Assembly (NCBI GenBank): GCA_001661245.1
Contig: KV454012.1
Span: 774,147-825,592, forward strand
DNA length: 51,446 nt
Reading direction: 5' to 3'
Source of the DNA: Pachysolen tannophilus NRRL Y-2460
Lineage: Eukaryota
This document shows positions 30,574-41,265 of this stretch, one piece after another (the stretch's first letter is position 1; every line of letters begins with the position of its first letter). The notes below the pieces were generated by a model that was not told the origin of the DNA, did not search any database, and saw nothing but the letters and a program-made list of their open reading frames with translations. A program made the position numbers and the translations under genes.

Positions 30574-32141
30574 ATGACATCATTGACAGTTCAGTATAAT
30601 TTAAAAGCGTATAGGAGTAAGAGTATTTCTGGATCTACACCGTTAAATGATGTTTTAATTCAAAGCTGTCAGTATTTCCATTTAAACAGTGATGAGTTTG
30701 GTTTAAAGTAAGTATAAATTTTTTTTTTATTTTTCATTTGTTTTTCTAAGAAAGAGAAAAGAATAGGGTTTACTAATATTTATTTTGAAGGCATGGGAAC
30801 AATTTTTTGGATTTATCGTTACCTATCAGATTGTTAAATTTGGCTCAAGGAACAAAGTTGACTTTGGCTAAAGTTAGTTCAGCGCTGGAAAAGGAAATAA
30901 GTTTGAAATTAATTGTAGTTGAGAATGCTTCTAATGCTGCTGCTAATGTCAATTCTTCCAACGGTATTAATTCGATTTTAAAAGTAAAGCCTTCAGAGAA
31001 AATTATTGATATCTTGTTGAAATATGAAAAATCTTTACAATATCAATTGATTAACAGAGTTGAAAATGGGATTAAATATCGTCCAGTTTTACAAATTTAC
31101 TCCAAGATTATATCATCGGAAGAAGATATGGGTAAGAGCTTAAAATCTTTTGGAGTTACTTCGAATGCAGTTATGAGATTATCATTTGAGAAAAAAATTG
31201 GTGAAATTTTTTTAAATGAAGTTAAAGAAGTTGATTTAAAGACTAATAATGTAGAAAATGAAATTAAAAAAATTACTAATCAAACATCATCAACAAATGA
31301 AACAGAAATATCTGAAGAAAAAGATGTTTTAAATAATGAAGTTGAAAAAGATATTTTACTGCAAAATGAACTGAAATATGGAGATGATCAACAACTGCCA
31401 AGACAAATTAAACTTTCAAATGATGTTAAAATCTTTAAACCTGAACAAATTGAGAATTTTTCATTTGAAGATAAAGATGAAGATTTTGAAATGTCTGTTG
31501 ATGATTTTAAAAAATATCAAGGTCTTATTCAGAAAAGAGGATTAAGCGAACATATGAAGAAAAAATTACAAAAAAATAATAAAAATCAAAATCAAACTAA
31601 AAATTCTTCAATATCTTCATCAAATTGTCATATTAGAATAAAATTCCCAGATTTATCAATATTAGAATTAAAAATTTCTAAAATAGAGAAAATTGGAAAA
31701 ATTTATGAGATTTTGAAAACTGATTATTTAAATGATCAATACTTTGATCTGGATTTTAAATTATATCAATCTTTCCCTTTCATAAATTTAAACGATTTTA
31801 AAGAAATACCAATACGTGAGAAGTTAAATTACGACAAGATCTTACTTATATTCGATACAAATGGTATCGATAAAAATCTACAAAGCTATTTAAAACCTAA
31901 TCTCAAAGCAGATATATTAGATTATAATATTCATGGAAATGATAGTCAAATCAGTGAATCAAACACACCAGGACAAGAAGGACAAGAAACTAATTCCAGT
32001 GTAAGAAATGATTTACTTTCAGCACCAACTAATAATAACAACAACAAACAACAACAACAACAGCAACAACAAGATGCTTCTCAAAAGAAAGAAAATATCA
32101 CCAAGACGATGCCAAAATGGTTTAAAATTGGTAAAAAATGA
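30574..32141 (+). CDS. UBX4: UBX-domain Cdc48 cofactor Ubx4 (TUG/ASPL family); exons 30574-30707 and 30791-32141
   Basis: Spliced N-terminus MTSLTVQYN..LNDVLIQSCQYF..LK|HGNNFLDLSLPIRLLNL (TUG-UBL1); UBX HIRIKFPD; C-terminal PKWFKIGKK. Confidence 0.88.
30708..30790 (+). other. Spliceosomal intron (83 nt) of UBX4
   Basis: GTAAGT donor, TACTAAT 30771-30777, AAG acceptor; phase 2 restores the frame. Confidence 0.82.
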
Positions 32142-32312
32142 TATAATATACTCAAAATGGCCACACTACTAAACGGCGTATTTATAGTCGTATAAATAAA
32201 TAATAATATTTTGTAGGCGAAGTCATTAAACAGTAATTATTAAATATATTTATTAATTAATTAATCTTTTACTTTTTTTTTTAAAATAGTTAAATAAAGA
32301 TTAAGATTAATC

Positions 32313-33737
32313 ATGTCTTTAGCTAAGGTTGAGAGTTTTAACGATATCGTTAATGAGGAAGATTTGAAAGAAAAAGATTTGATTGATGATAATAATAATG
32401 GGTTTGAAGTGGTTGAATTTGAAAATGATTTAAATTATTTGTTGAATGGTGATGGTAAAGATAAGAAGATGAGTAAAAAAAAGAAAAAAGCTTTAAAGAA
32501 ACTTAAGGCTCTTAGTAATTCGGATGCTAATGCTGATGATATTGATTTTAAGAAGTTGAAGAATAAGCATAAAAAAGTTTCTGTGAATGTTCTTATTCAT
32601 GATATGGATGATTTAGATATTTCATCATCTTCTGCAGAAGAAGAAGATGATGACGATGAAGACGAAGATGATGATGCAGTAGTAACACCTTCGGTATCTT
32701 CACCTGCAGACCAGAGCTTAGCTTTAAGCAAAGAAAAATTCGGTGATAACGATTCCATTGATGAGAACTTGCTGGATCAAGTTTTACATGCAGAAGAGTT
32801 AAAGATGCTAGAAGGTTATAATTCTAATGATGAAAGTAATACTGCTAGTGGTAGCGGTAGTGGTAGCTCCAGCAGCTCTAGTAGTGAAAAACTGCATCAT
32901 AATCATCGTAAACACAAGAAATCAAAGAAAATTATGAAGCAAAAATTTGATAAGAGCGACAGAAACAAGTTGGATGCAAATGGTGACGTTATTGAACATC
33001 ATGGAAAACATTTCAAACATTTTGCTTCTCCGCCTCCTTATCTCCACCATAATCAGCACCACGAGCATCAGCACCACGAGCACCAGAAATTTCAACTGCA
33101 ACTGCATCTGCATCTGCATCTGCTGCACCATGAGCACAAGCATGAGCACCAAATGCTGCACCAGATGATGCATCAGATGCTGCAGAACCAGATGCTGCAC
33201 CGTGGTCATCATCATCCTGGCAAACATGAAAAGATGCGCGTTGGAAGTTTAGATAAATTCGGTGGCGGTAAAAAAAAAGAAAAGTTCAGAAAGGAAGGGA
33301 AACACCACCATAAAGGCCATGCAAGATTTGAAGAAGAAGAGTCAGCGCTAGCAACAGCTTTGATGATTCCTTCTGATGATATTAGTACAAATGAAAGACA
33401 CTTGTTACAAGAAGGTTCTAGAGAAAGAGCTGAAATTCTCTTGATGACTCAAAAGTTAAAATTAAGGATTCTTGATCTTTATGATAGTCTAGAGAAATCC
33501 TCCAAAGAATTTGAAACTAGCAATAGGTCCATTGATTCTAAAAGAACCGTTGACCAATTATTTCAAATGGACAGGGTTTTACTGCATGAACAGCATATCA
33601 TGAACGGTGTCTTTTTCAATGATTACCCTGATAGTGAGGACACCTACAGATCATTTTCGCCAATGGCATTTTCTCCACCTCCGGGAAGACGTCATGGTCA
33701 TGGTCATAAGCACAGACTAAGACACCACAGAAGGTAG
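32313..33737 (+). CDS. Hypothetical low-complexity His/Lys/Asp-rich protein
   Basis: 474-aa ORF with acidic, Ser, Lys and His/Gln tracts and a short helical region near the C-terminus; no family recognised. Confidence 0.75.
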   Translation: MSLAKVESFNDIVNEEDLKEKDLIDDNNNGFEVVEFENDLNYLLNGDGKDKKMSKKKKKALKKLKALSNSDANADDIDFKKLKNKHKKVSVNVLIHDMDDLDISSSSAEEEDDDDEDEDDDAVVTPSVSSPADQSLALSKEKFGDNDSIDENLLDQVLHAEELKMLEGYNSNDESNTASGSGSGSSSSSSSEKLHHNHRKHKKSKKIMKQKFDKSDRNKLDANGDVIEHHGKHFKHFASPPPYLHHNQHHEHQHHEHQKFQLQLHLHLHLLHHEHKHEHQMLHQMMHQMLQNQMLHRGHHHPGKHEKMRVGSLDKFGGGKKKEKFRKEGKHHHKGHARFEEEESALATALMIPSDDISTNERHLLQEGSRERAEILLMTQKLKLRILDLYDSLEKSSKEFETSNRSIDSKRTVDQLFQMDRVLLHEQHIMNGVFFNDYPDSEDTYRSFSPMAFSPPPGRRHGHGHKHRLRHHRR

Positions 33738-34150
33738 CTCCATATTCTAAGCAAATGAGTTCAGTTGTATAGTTGTATAGTTGTATTTTTTTTTTTTGAA
33801 GAGTAGTTAATATTTTATTTTATAGGTTGAGATTTGCCTTTTTTTTTTCTTTTCTTTCTTTAGTTACAGACATGAAGTTTTTATGGCATCATAATTATAG
33901 TCCCAACCACTTGTAAGTTCATCAACTGTGTCGACTCCATTGTAGAATGTTTTCCGTTGGTAAGTGAAAGTTCTTTGTTCAATATCACCAAAAATGGCGG
34001 TAGTGTGTGCGTGCTAATTCAAACTTCCTTTATGTTTATATGAAGAAACCAAGTAGAAGTAGACAGCGGTTAAAACGTTTTATATTAATAATAAAATAAG
34101 TTGATTTATAATTAGGATTGGAGTTGTAAAAGGGTATCGGGGCTTATCAG

Positions 34151-36406
34151 ATGGAGTTCTTGAATAGTAACTTTAAGTCTCTTCTGGATTTGAAAAAAAT
34201 TGATTCCATAATCAATGATTTGAATGTACAACGAGATGAGTTGCTGAAAAGAACAAGCAATGTATCGGGAGATGACGATGAGCTAATTTTTGATAATAAT
34301 TCTCAACAAGTAATAATTGATTTAGTTTCTGATTTGAATGAGATAATCAATAATTTTGTGAATTCTAAGGTGGATTTTGATGGTAGTAATATAGAGTTGA
34401 ACAAACTTGTAACAAAATATGGTAATGTGAATATAATAAAAGATTTAAGATTTAAATTAGATCAAGTACAACAACTTATATCGGCGGAAAAAATAATAAA
34501 AGATTATAATTTATTATTAAACAATGTGAATAATTTACTTGTTGTGGTGGATCAGAGTGAAGAGACTATATTACAGGAAACTTCTGATGTTTTTGAAAAA
34601 GTTCAAAATTTTAAAAAATTGTATCAATCTTACATGTTAGTAGATCAATTGGGAGCATATTTGGATAGGCTGATTTCTGAAGTAATTGTTAATACTTTTA
34701 AACAGAAATTTGAAATTGTATTGGAAAGATTAATTCAAGATACTGAAAGTGGAGAAGAAGGGGAAGAAGAAGATGGAAAAGAAATTCAAAAAGAACAGAA
34801 TGAGAAACAATCAATTGAACAACAAAATTTAATTATAAAATCATTGAGAAATCTCTTGATACTACAATCAATAGATCCATTAAATTCTCAAAAAAAGCCG
34901 TTATGGGCATTTAGCTTATTGAGTCAACCTTTCCAAATTAGATTTGTCTTTCATTATGAAACTAAAAATGAAACCAATAGAATTGATAAACCAGAATGGT
35001 TTTTAAAATATTTAAACACATGGTTGACAAATAATTTGGATGATTTAAATAAAAAATATTCAATTTTTTTAAAGTCAACAATTTATGAAAAAGAATATTT
35101 TAAAACAAATTATTTGCTTGCCTTGTTAGAACCTGTGAAGTCTCGAATAATTAAAATATTAAATGTTGTTTCAAATATCGAGGATAAGGAGCAATCATCT
35201 TTCTTGTTAACTCATTTAATTGATCAATTACAGAAAAGTGATGAAGAAATATTGCGTAACCACAAGATTGCCATTGATTTAACTAATGATTTAATTTTGT
35301 CAAATGACATGTATTTTAATAAGTGGTTGAATATAGAGAAAACTTTTAATTTCAAAAGGTTTAATGAGATCATATATCAGGAAGATTCATTTGAAATTGA
35401 TTTTGAATCAGTTGAATCTTCATTAACTAAACCTACCAAATCTTCCATATACATTAAAAATCTTTTCGAAAATTTAACACTCAAATACAAATCTATTCTG
35501 AATTATAAATTCAAATTGAAATTTTTGTCAGAAATTCAATTAAATTTGTTGAGCAAATATTATGATAAACTTGACGATTCCTTATCAGCATTTCAGTCAA
35601 TTTTTAAAAAAATTTCATTATTGAAATCGAACCACGAAGAAGAATACAAAATTACTGGTCTCAATGGTATTGATAAATTATTACGTATTTATTGTTCATT
35701 AAGATATATCATTGAAGCTATGGAAAATTGGGATGAAGATTTGGTATTCATTGAACTATGGCTTTTTATCAACGATAACGACGAAAAAACTAAAGAAGAA
35801 GTCTTGTCCGGTACTTTTTTCCAACCTTTAGTTGAAGCCTATGAGAAACTATCATTGAGAGTTGTTAATATTTTAAATGAGTTTCTCAATAGAGAAATTA
35901 ATTCTTCTTTTAAGTCTTATTTCAAATTAAATAACTGGGGAGAATCTAATTCATTCAATGATTCTTTGTCACCGGAGCTATCTTCTTCAATCTCTAAAAT
36001 GTCTAGATATTTGGATTACATAAATAGGTCATTGTCAGAAGTTGAAAGCTTGACCATAAAAAATAATTTTTGTGAGAGAATCATCAAATTCTTCAAAGAT
36101 AGCATTTTAAATTTAAATCAGTTCAACGAAAATGGCTCGAAGCAGTTGTTATTTGATTTTGAGAACATCTTCCAAACATTAGGATTGATTGTTGATTTGA
36201 AGCAATATCGAGTTTTCAAAGAAAGTTTAATTGTATTATCCAGTGTCGATGATGAGTTCATAATGAATAATTTTAAAAATTACCAAGACCTCAGGGAATT
36301 TTTGAAACGTAGTTCAAATGCTGACTTACTGAAGATTTTAAAAATATTGAACTTGAATTATGTACCATTGGACGATATGAGGAATATTCTTTATAGGAGA
36401 AAATGA
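34151..36406 (+). CDS. TIP20: Dsl1 tethering complex subunit Tip20 (RINT-1 family)
   Basis: LWAF..L.QPFQIRFVFHY...ETNRIDKPEWFL; TKPTKSS; MENWDEDLVFIELW; FNENGSKQLLFD. Confidence 0.9.
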   Translation: MEFLNSNFKSLLDLKKIDSIINDLNVQRDELLKRTSNVSGDDDELIFDNNSQQVIIDLVSDLNEIINNFVNSKVDFDGSNIELNKLVTKYGNVNIIKDLRFKLDQVQQLISAEKIIKDYNLLLNNVNNLLVVVDQSEETILQETSDVFEKVQNFKKLYQSYMLVDQLGAYLDRLISEVIVNTFKQKFEIVLERLIQDTESGEEGEEEDGKEIQKEQNEKQSIEQQNLIIKSLRNLLILQSIDPLNSQKKPLWAFSLLSQPFQIRFVFHYETKNETNRIDKPEWFLKYLNTWLTNNLDDLNKKYSIFLKSTIYEKEYFKTNYLLALLEPVKSRIIKILNVVSNIEDKEQSSFLLTHLIDQLQKSDEEILRNHKIAIDLTNDLILSNDMYFNKWLNIEKTFNFKRFNEIIYQEDSFEIDFESVESSLTKPTKSSIYIKNLFENLTLKYKSILNYKFKLKFLSEIQLNLLSKYYDKLDDSLSAFQSIFKKISLLKSNHEEEYKITGLNGIDKLLRIYCSLRYIIEAMENWDEDLVFIELWLFINDNDEKTKEEVLSGTFFQPLVEAYEKLSLRVVNILNEFLNREINSSFKSYFKLNNWGESNSFNDSLSPELSSSISKMSRYLDYINRSLSEVESLTIKNNFCERIIKFFKDSILNLNQFNENGSKQLLFDFENIFQTLGLIVDLKQYRVFKESLIVLSSVDDEFIMNNFKNYQDLREFLKRSSNADLLKILKILNLNYVPLDDMRNILYRRK

Positions 36407-36509
36407 AGTAATTTTATCCTTGTTATAATATTATGTTGTTTTGTGCATTCATATATTATGTGTACATATATATGTATATATATTATCAATTACGCTAAAA
36501 TCTATTAAA

Positions 36510-38696
36510 TTATATCCGACTATACATTTCCTTCATCATATTATTTAATTCTTGAATTTCATTACCATTTACCTCTGTATTATTATTATCCTTCTGGTTG
36601 TCATCGTCATCGTTTCTATCATCATCTTTTAAGATCCAACCTAAATCCTGTTCCTCAACAGGCTGCTTTTCTGACCCCGTAACAAAATCTATCGAGTTTC
36701 CCCTTGCAATATCCTGATTTTCTTCTTTTTGATAACCAAAATGATTTTCAACCATATGGTCAATAACCTGCCAACCATAAGCATTAGCAAATCTCCTTCT
36801 CACAGTTATATTGTTATGAGCATCTGGTTGCAAATTCACTAATACTTTCCTCCATGATAACTCTTTATGCCATAATCTTGCAATTTTTTCCTCCAATAAA
36901 TGGAACTTTATATTTGGATCCACCAAAGTGGTTAAAAAAGTGGTATTGGAATTATGTAAATTATTCTTAGGTAGATCATCTTCTGTGTACACTCTATCAT
37001 GTAAAATCACATTTTCCCTTGAACTCGGGTCAACGATGAATTTCAATGGAGGAAGTGGTGGTAGTAGCACTCTTGCTGCACTCTGAATGACAGATGATTT
37101 TGGAATTGGTTTTAAATCTTCATTGGTATCAAATGACAGTAATTCCTCACCGTTAGCATCTTCTCCTTCTTCTTTATTTGTAACTGTTTGAAACCTCTTG
37201 TATCTATTAGCAGGCTTTGGTTGAGCCATTGGTGCGCATAAAGCTAATATGCTTTGAAATGGCGATAATACTTTTGAAGAAACATCCTGAAAGAACTCAG
37301 TTGGCGAACCAGAGCTATTTTGAATATATGGAGTTTCAGGAATCTCTGAAACTCCATCAGAAGCAGCTTCAGTACTTTTCAGAGAGTTATTATTAGTACC
37401 ATTTTCAATATTTTTACTATCATGATTTGTTTGTGAGTCTTTTTTTCTTGCATTGGTAACTTCTGTCAATCCCTTCCAATCCAAATACAACAATGCTGAT
37501 GTCCTCAAGGGAACAATGCCATCGTGTAATACGTTTGCATATAATGTTCTATTTTTAAATCTTTTCAAGATATCATGTGCTGGACCTGTTGGTAACTTTA
37601 ACAACAACGGATGCGAACCTTGAAGACCTAAATCCTGACCAGTCTTACCTACAATTCCAACACTTAATGCCATTTTGACATATGCTGGGTTTTCATTAGC
37701 TATACCCAAGAGTGGAGATGCCAATGTTACAAAATTTTCCGGAATAACTTCTTCAAAAAATGAAGGGTAAGTGACAGTAATGTAAGCAATAGCAAATGTT
37801 TGAATTAAACCTCCTAAAGAATGGCCAATAAATGATATCTTGTTAATATTTGGGTAATTTTTATATACTTCCTCAACAATATACTCTGCCACTCTTGTTC
37901 CTAAATATTTTATACCCTTTTCAGTTTTGCAAACATTACCGTTGTAACCTTTTACGATAACATTCTCTCCAGTCTTCAGAGCCATTTTGTTAATAGCTTC
38001 TTTTATATAAAGCATATCAGCACCAACATTCGAGTAAAACCCATGGGTTAACATCACTAAATGTGCCGGTTTCAGCATGTTTGGAACCGGTTTATTCCAT
38101 AAATCAATTGCATCCTGATAAATAACATTAAGTTCAACAGGGTTAAAATTCTTGCTTTCTAATAAATGATGTTCATGATCATGTAAAGATTTCTTATCTG
38201 TACCTATCAATATTTCAAAATTAACTTCAGTGGAAGTGTTGAACAAGAGTTGACTCATCACATCAACAACCCAGACATATTTACTCTTGATGGTATGCAA
38301 AGAAAGCTCAGCTTCAAAACTTTGACCCGCTTGTAAATTTGGTTGAAATAAAGGTTGATCAGCAGTAATAAAACATTTCTTATTATGATCAAAATCCGAT
38401 GTCCTAATATCCACATACAATATATACGGCCCCAATAAGTAAGCAGCTCTCAATGGCAAGCTTTCCAAATTCTTAAACTTCAAAAATAAAGAAGAAGGTA
38501 AAGTATTCTCTGGTGATAATCGGTCACTTGATGGTGTATATTCAATGATAAACCTATTCAGCTCTCCTATTTTGACCGACTTATGGTTCTTATACAAGAT
38601 GCTACTGGCCATTTGACTCTGATCCTGAGGTTCCTTTCGACTATGATGATGCTTGTGATGATACTTCCTGGCCAACTTGTTAACGCAATTTACCAT
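36510..38696 (-). CDS. DUF676 serine lipase, Rog1/Ydl109c family
   Basis: LRAAYLLGPYILYVD, HLVMLTHG, KISFIGHSLGG, FVTLASPLLG, LYANVLHDGIVPLRTS, DAHNNITVRRRFANAYGW. Confidence 0.9.
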   Translation of the reverse strand: MVNCVNKLARKYHHKHHHSRKEPQDQSQMASSILYKNHKSVKIGELNRFIIEYTPSSDRLSPENTLPSSLFLKFKNLESLPLRAAYLLGPYILYVDIRTSDFDHNKKCFITADQPLFQPNLQAGQSFEAELSLHTIKSKYVWVVDVMSQLLFNTSTEVNFEILIGTDKKSLHDHEHHLLESKNFNPVELNVIYQDAIDLWNKPVPNMLKPAHLVMLTHGFYSNVGADMLYIKEAINKMALKTGENVIVKGYNGNVCKTEKGIKYLGTRVAEYIVEEVYKNYPNINKISFIGHSLGGLIQTFAIAYITVTYPSFFEEVIPENFVTLASPLLGIANENPAYVKMALSVGIVGKTGQDLGLQGSHPLLLKLPTGPAHDILKRFKNRTLYANVLHDGIVPLRTSALLYLDWKGLTEVTNARKKDSQTNHDSKNIENGTNNNSLKSTEAASDGVSEIPETPYIQNSSGSPTEFFQDVSSKVLSPFQSILALCAPMAQPKPANRYKRFQTVTNKEEGEDANGEELLSFDTNEDLKPIPKSSVIQSAARVLLPPLPPLKFIVDPSSRENVILHDRVYTEDDLPKNNLHNSNTTFLTTLVDPNIKFHLLEEKIARLWHKELSWRKVLVNLQPDAHNNITVRRRFANAYGWQVIDHMVENHFGYQKEENQDIARGNSIDFVTGSEKQPVEEQDLGWILKDDDRNDDDDNQKDNNNTEVNGNEIQELNNMMKEMYSRI

Positions 38697-38874
38697 TGAT
38701 TAGTTATTGTTTTCTCTTCTTCTTCTTTTTGTATAATCATTTTTACAATTGTGTTTATTTTTGCTATATTTTTGCTTTTCTTCCTTTTTTTTTTTTTTTT
38801 TTATTATGTTATTTTTTAAATGATCATCATCACCTTTTAAATTAAAGAAGATCAAATAAAATATCAAAGATATA

Positions 38875-39861
38875 ATGACGGAGGTAGTTTCGTTATCTGG
38901 ACCAGAGCAGCATGATGATGAGAGCACTTTGAAAGTGAGCAGTAATTATTCTAAAGATACAAAAGTTGGTGAAGGTACTTATGCTGTTGTTTATGTAGGA
39001 GTTCAGAAGTCATCGCATAGAAAGATTGCTATTAAGGAAATCAAGACTGGAGGATTTAAAGATGGATTAGATATGTCTGCTATAAGGGAGATGAAATATT
39101 TACAAGAATTAAGACATGTTAATATTATTGAGTTGATTGATATTTATTCTGAGCATAATGGTTTGAATTTGATTTTAGAATATTTACCATACGATTTAGA
39201 AATGTTAATAAAGGATAAATCGATTATTTTCACTCCGCTGAATATCAAATCTTGGATGTTGATGACACTAAGAGGTTTACATCATTGTCATAGGAATTTC
39301 ATATTACATAGGGATTTGAAACCAAATAATTTATTGCTTTCTCCTCAAGGTGTATTGAAAATTGCTGATTTTGGGTTAGCAAGATCTTTAGGGGCACCAA
39401 ATGAAGAGTTAACTTCAAATGTGGTGACAAGATGGTACAGAGCACCTGAATTGTTGTTTGGATCTAAGCATTATACCGGTGCGATAGATATATGGTCTGT
39501 TGGTGTAATATTTGCTGAATTAATGTTGAGAACACCTTATTTACCGGGACTGAATGATATGGACCAATTAATAGTGACTTTTAGAGCTTTAGGCTCTCCA
39601 ACAGAGGCAAACTGGACAAATGTTTCCAAATTACCGGGATATAATAAGATAAATATTTATCCTCCTCCTACAAGACAAGAATTGAGAAATAGATTTTCTG
39701 CAGCTACAGAAAGTACATTAGATTTGATTTGTTCAATGTTGATGTTAGATCCTTTGAAAAGATGCACCACAACTGAAGCTTTATTGAGTAAATATTTTGT
39801 TGAATCGCCTAGAGCAACTGATCCTAAAAGTTTGCCCAAGATTGTACCAAAGAATAAATAA
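38875..39861 (+). CDS. KIN28: TFIIH kinase Kin28 (CDK7)
   Basis: GEGTYAVVY, FKDGLDMSAIRE, HRDLKPNNLL, DFGLAR, LTSNVVTRWYRAPELLFG. Confidence 0.97.
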   Translation: MTEVVSLSGPEQHDDESTLKVSSNYSKDTKVGEGTYAVVYVGVQKSSHRKIAIKEIKTGGFKDGLDMSAIREMKYLQELRHVNIIELIDIYSEHNGLNLILEYLPYDLEMLIKDKSIIFTPLNIKSWMLMTLRGLHHCHRNFILHRDLKPNNLLLSPQGVLKIADFGLARSLGAPNEELTSNVVTRWYRAPELLFGSKHYTGAIDIWSVGVIFAELMLRTPYLPGLNDMDQLIVTFRALGSPTEANWTNVSKLPGYNKINIYPPPTRQELRNRFSAATESTLDLICSMLMLDPLKRCTTTEALLSKYFVESPRATDPKSLPKIVPKNK

Positions 39862-39923
39862 ATAGAATAAAATAAAATAAAATAGAATTGAACTTTTTTT
39901 CATTTTTTTTTTTTTTTTAATCG

Positions 39924-41129
39924 TTAACACAATTGTGCTACATATTTTCCAATTGCCGGACTAGCAGTCAATCCAGGACTTTCAATACCCAATAAATTGA
40001 TAAAACCTTTGAAATCTTTTTCTTCTCTGATTACAAAATCCTGGAATTTTTTTTCACTATTTGGTTCTATTAATTTTGGTCTAATACCCGAATACGAAGC
40101 TGACAAGTTTTCCATTTCTACAATTGGAAAATATTTCTTAACATCATTATAGACTAATGGTAATCTTTGATCACTTATACTATAATCTGTAGGAGAGTTA
40201 CACCATTCTAAGTCGGGACCAAATTTTATTTGTCCACCTAAATCTATTGTTAAATGAGTACCCAAAGATTGAACATTTTTAGTCGGTGGACATGGATATA
40301 CCAACCTGTTTATCTTTGGAGTTGATTTAGTAAATGAATAATAGTTTCCCTTTGCATAATATTGTTTAAAATGTCTTTCTGCTGGTAATAGCAAATTCGA
40401 TACATCACAAGCATATAGACCTGCACTATTAATGACATTGTTAACTTTAAGCTCCATCAAATCATCTTCATCAATTATATCGATTTTAAGCGTATATTCT
40501 TGATTCAATTTATCTGTAAGCTCTATTCCAACAACTTTTGATCCTAAAGAAATATCACTTCCATTAGAATTTTTTTGGAAAATATATTCATAATAATTCA
40601 TTAACGAATGAGCACTAATTATACCTGTAGTTGGCGAGTTTAAAATAGCTGAACGTGCTTTGATAAAAGGTTCTAATTTTTTACCTTCTTCTAAAGAAAC
40701 AAATTCTATTGGTATACCCAATTTTGAAACCCTCTCATACATTGTATTCAAATATTCATGCTCTTTTTCATTTTGAGCAACAATCCATTTACCACAATTT
40801 CGATACTCTATTAAACCTCCCTTCTCACTATAAATCTCTTTTTTACCTTCAACACATAGTTTCAACTTTAACGAATCTTCAGGATAATATAAACCAGCAT
40901 GAATAACTTCACTGTTTCTTGATGTTGTCTCTTGACCCAATTCAGTATTCTTTTCCAAAACCACTATTCTATTTGATGGATTTTTAGATAGTTCTGAAGC
41001 AATAGCCATACCAACCACACCTCCTCCAATGACAGCATGCGAATAGTCAATTGAAACAATTGGACTACGGGAGAACAACCGCACTCCAGACTTTGTAATC
41101 CCTATTCTCTCAACAACTCTACTCAACAT
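39924..41129 (-). CDS. Mitochondrial L-2-hydroxyglutarate dehydrogenase (L2HGDH family)
   Basis: Presequence; VIGGGVVG, ETTSRNSEVIHAGLYYP, INSAGL, AKGNYY, LGTHLTIDLGG.IKFGPD, YSGIRPKL, NLLGIESPGLTAS. Confidence 0.92.
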   Translation of the reverse strand: MLSRVVERIGITKSGVRLFSRSPIVSIDYSHAVIGGGVVGMAIASELSKNPSNRIVVLEKNTELGQETTSRNSEVIHAGLYYPEDSLKLKLCVEGKKEIYSEKGGLIEYRNCGKWIVAQNEKEHEYLNTMYERVSKLGIPIEFVSLEEGKKLEPFIKARSAILNSPTTGIISAHSLMNYYEYIFQKNSNGSDISLGSKVVGIELTDKLNQEYTLKIDIIDEDDLMELKVNNVINSAGLYACDVSNLLLPAERHFKQYYAKGNYYSFTKSTPKINRLVYPCPPTKNVQSLGTHLTIDLGGQIKFGPDLEWCNSPTDYSISDQRLPLVYNDVKKYFPIVEMENLSASYSGIRPKLIEPNSEKKFQDFVIREEKDFKGFINLLGIESPGLTASPAIGKYVAQLC

Positions 41130-41265
41130 TAATAATTATCAATTGGAAATTGATCACATTCACTTTTTTAGTATTTATTTAGTGTGTGTATTTTTTTTTT
41201 AGTACAAATCGCAAATGTAGCATTATTTCATTTAATTTTAAAACTGTTTTAAACAAAAAATTAGA

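Noticed and set aside
32922..33227. Antisense and alternative-frame ORFs over the His/CTG repeat
   Set aside because: Repeat-driven absence of stops.
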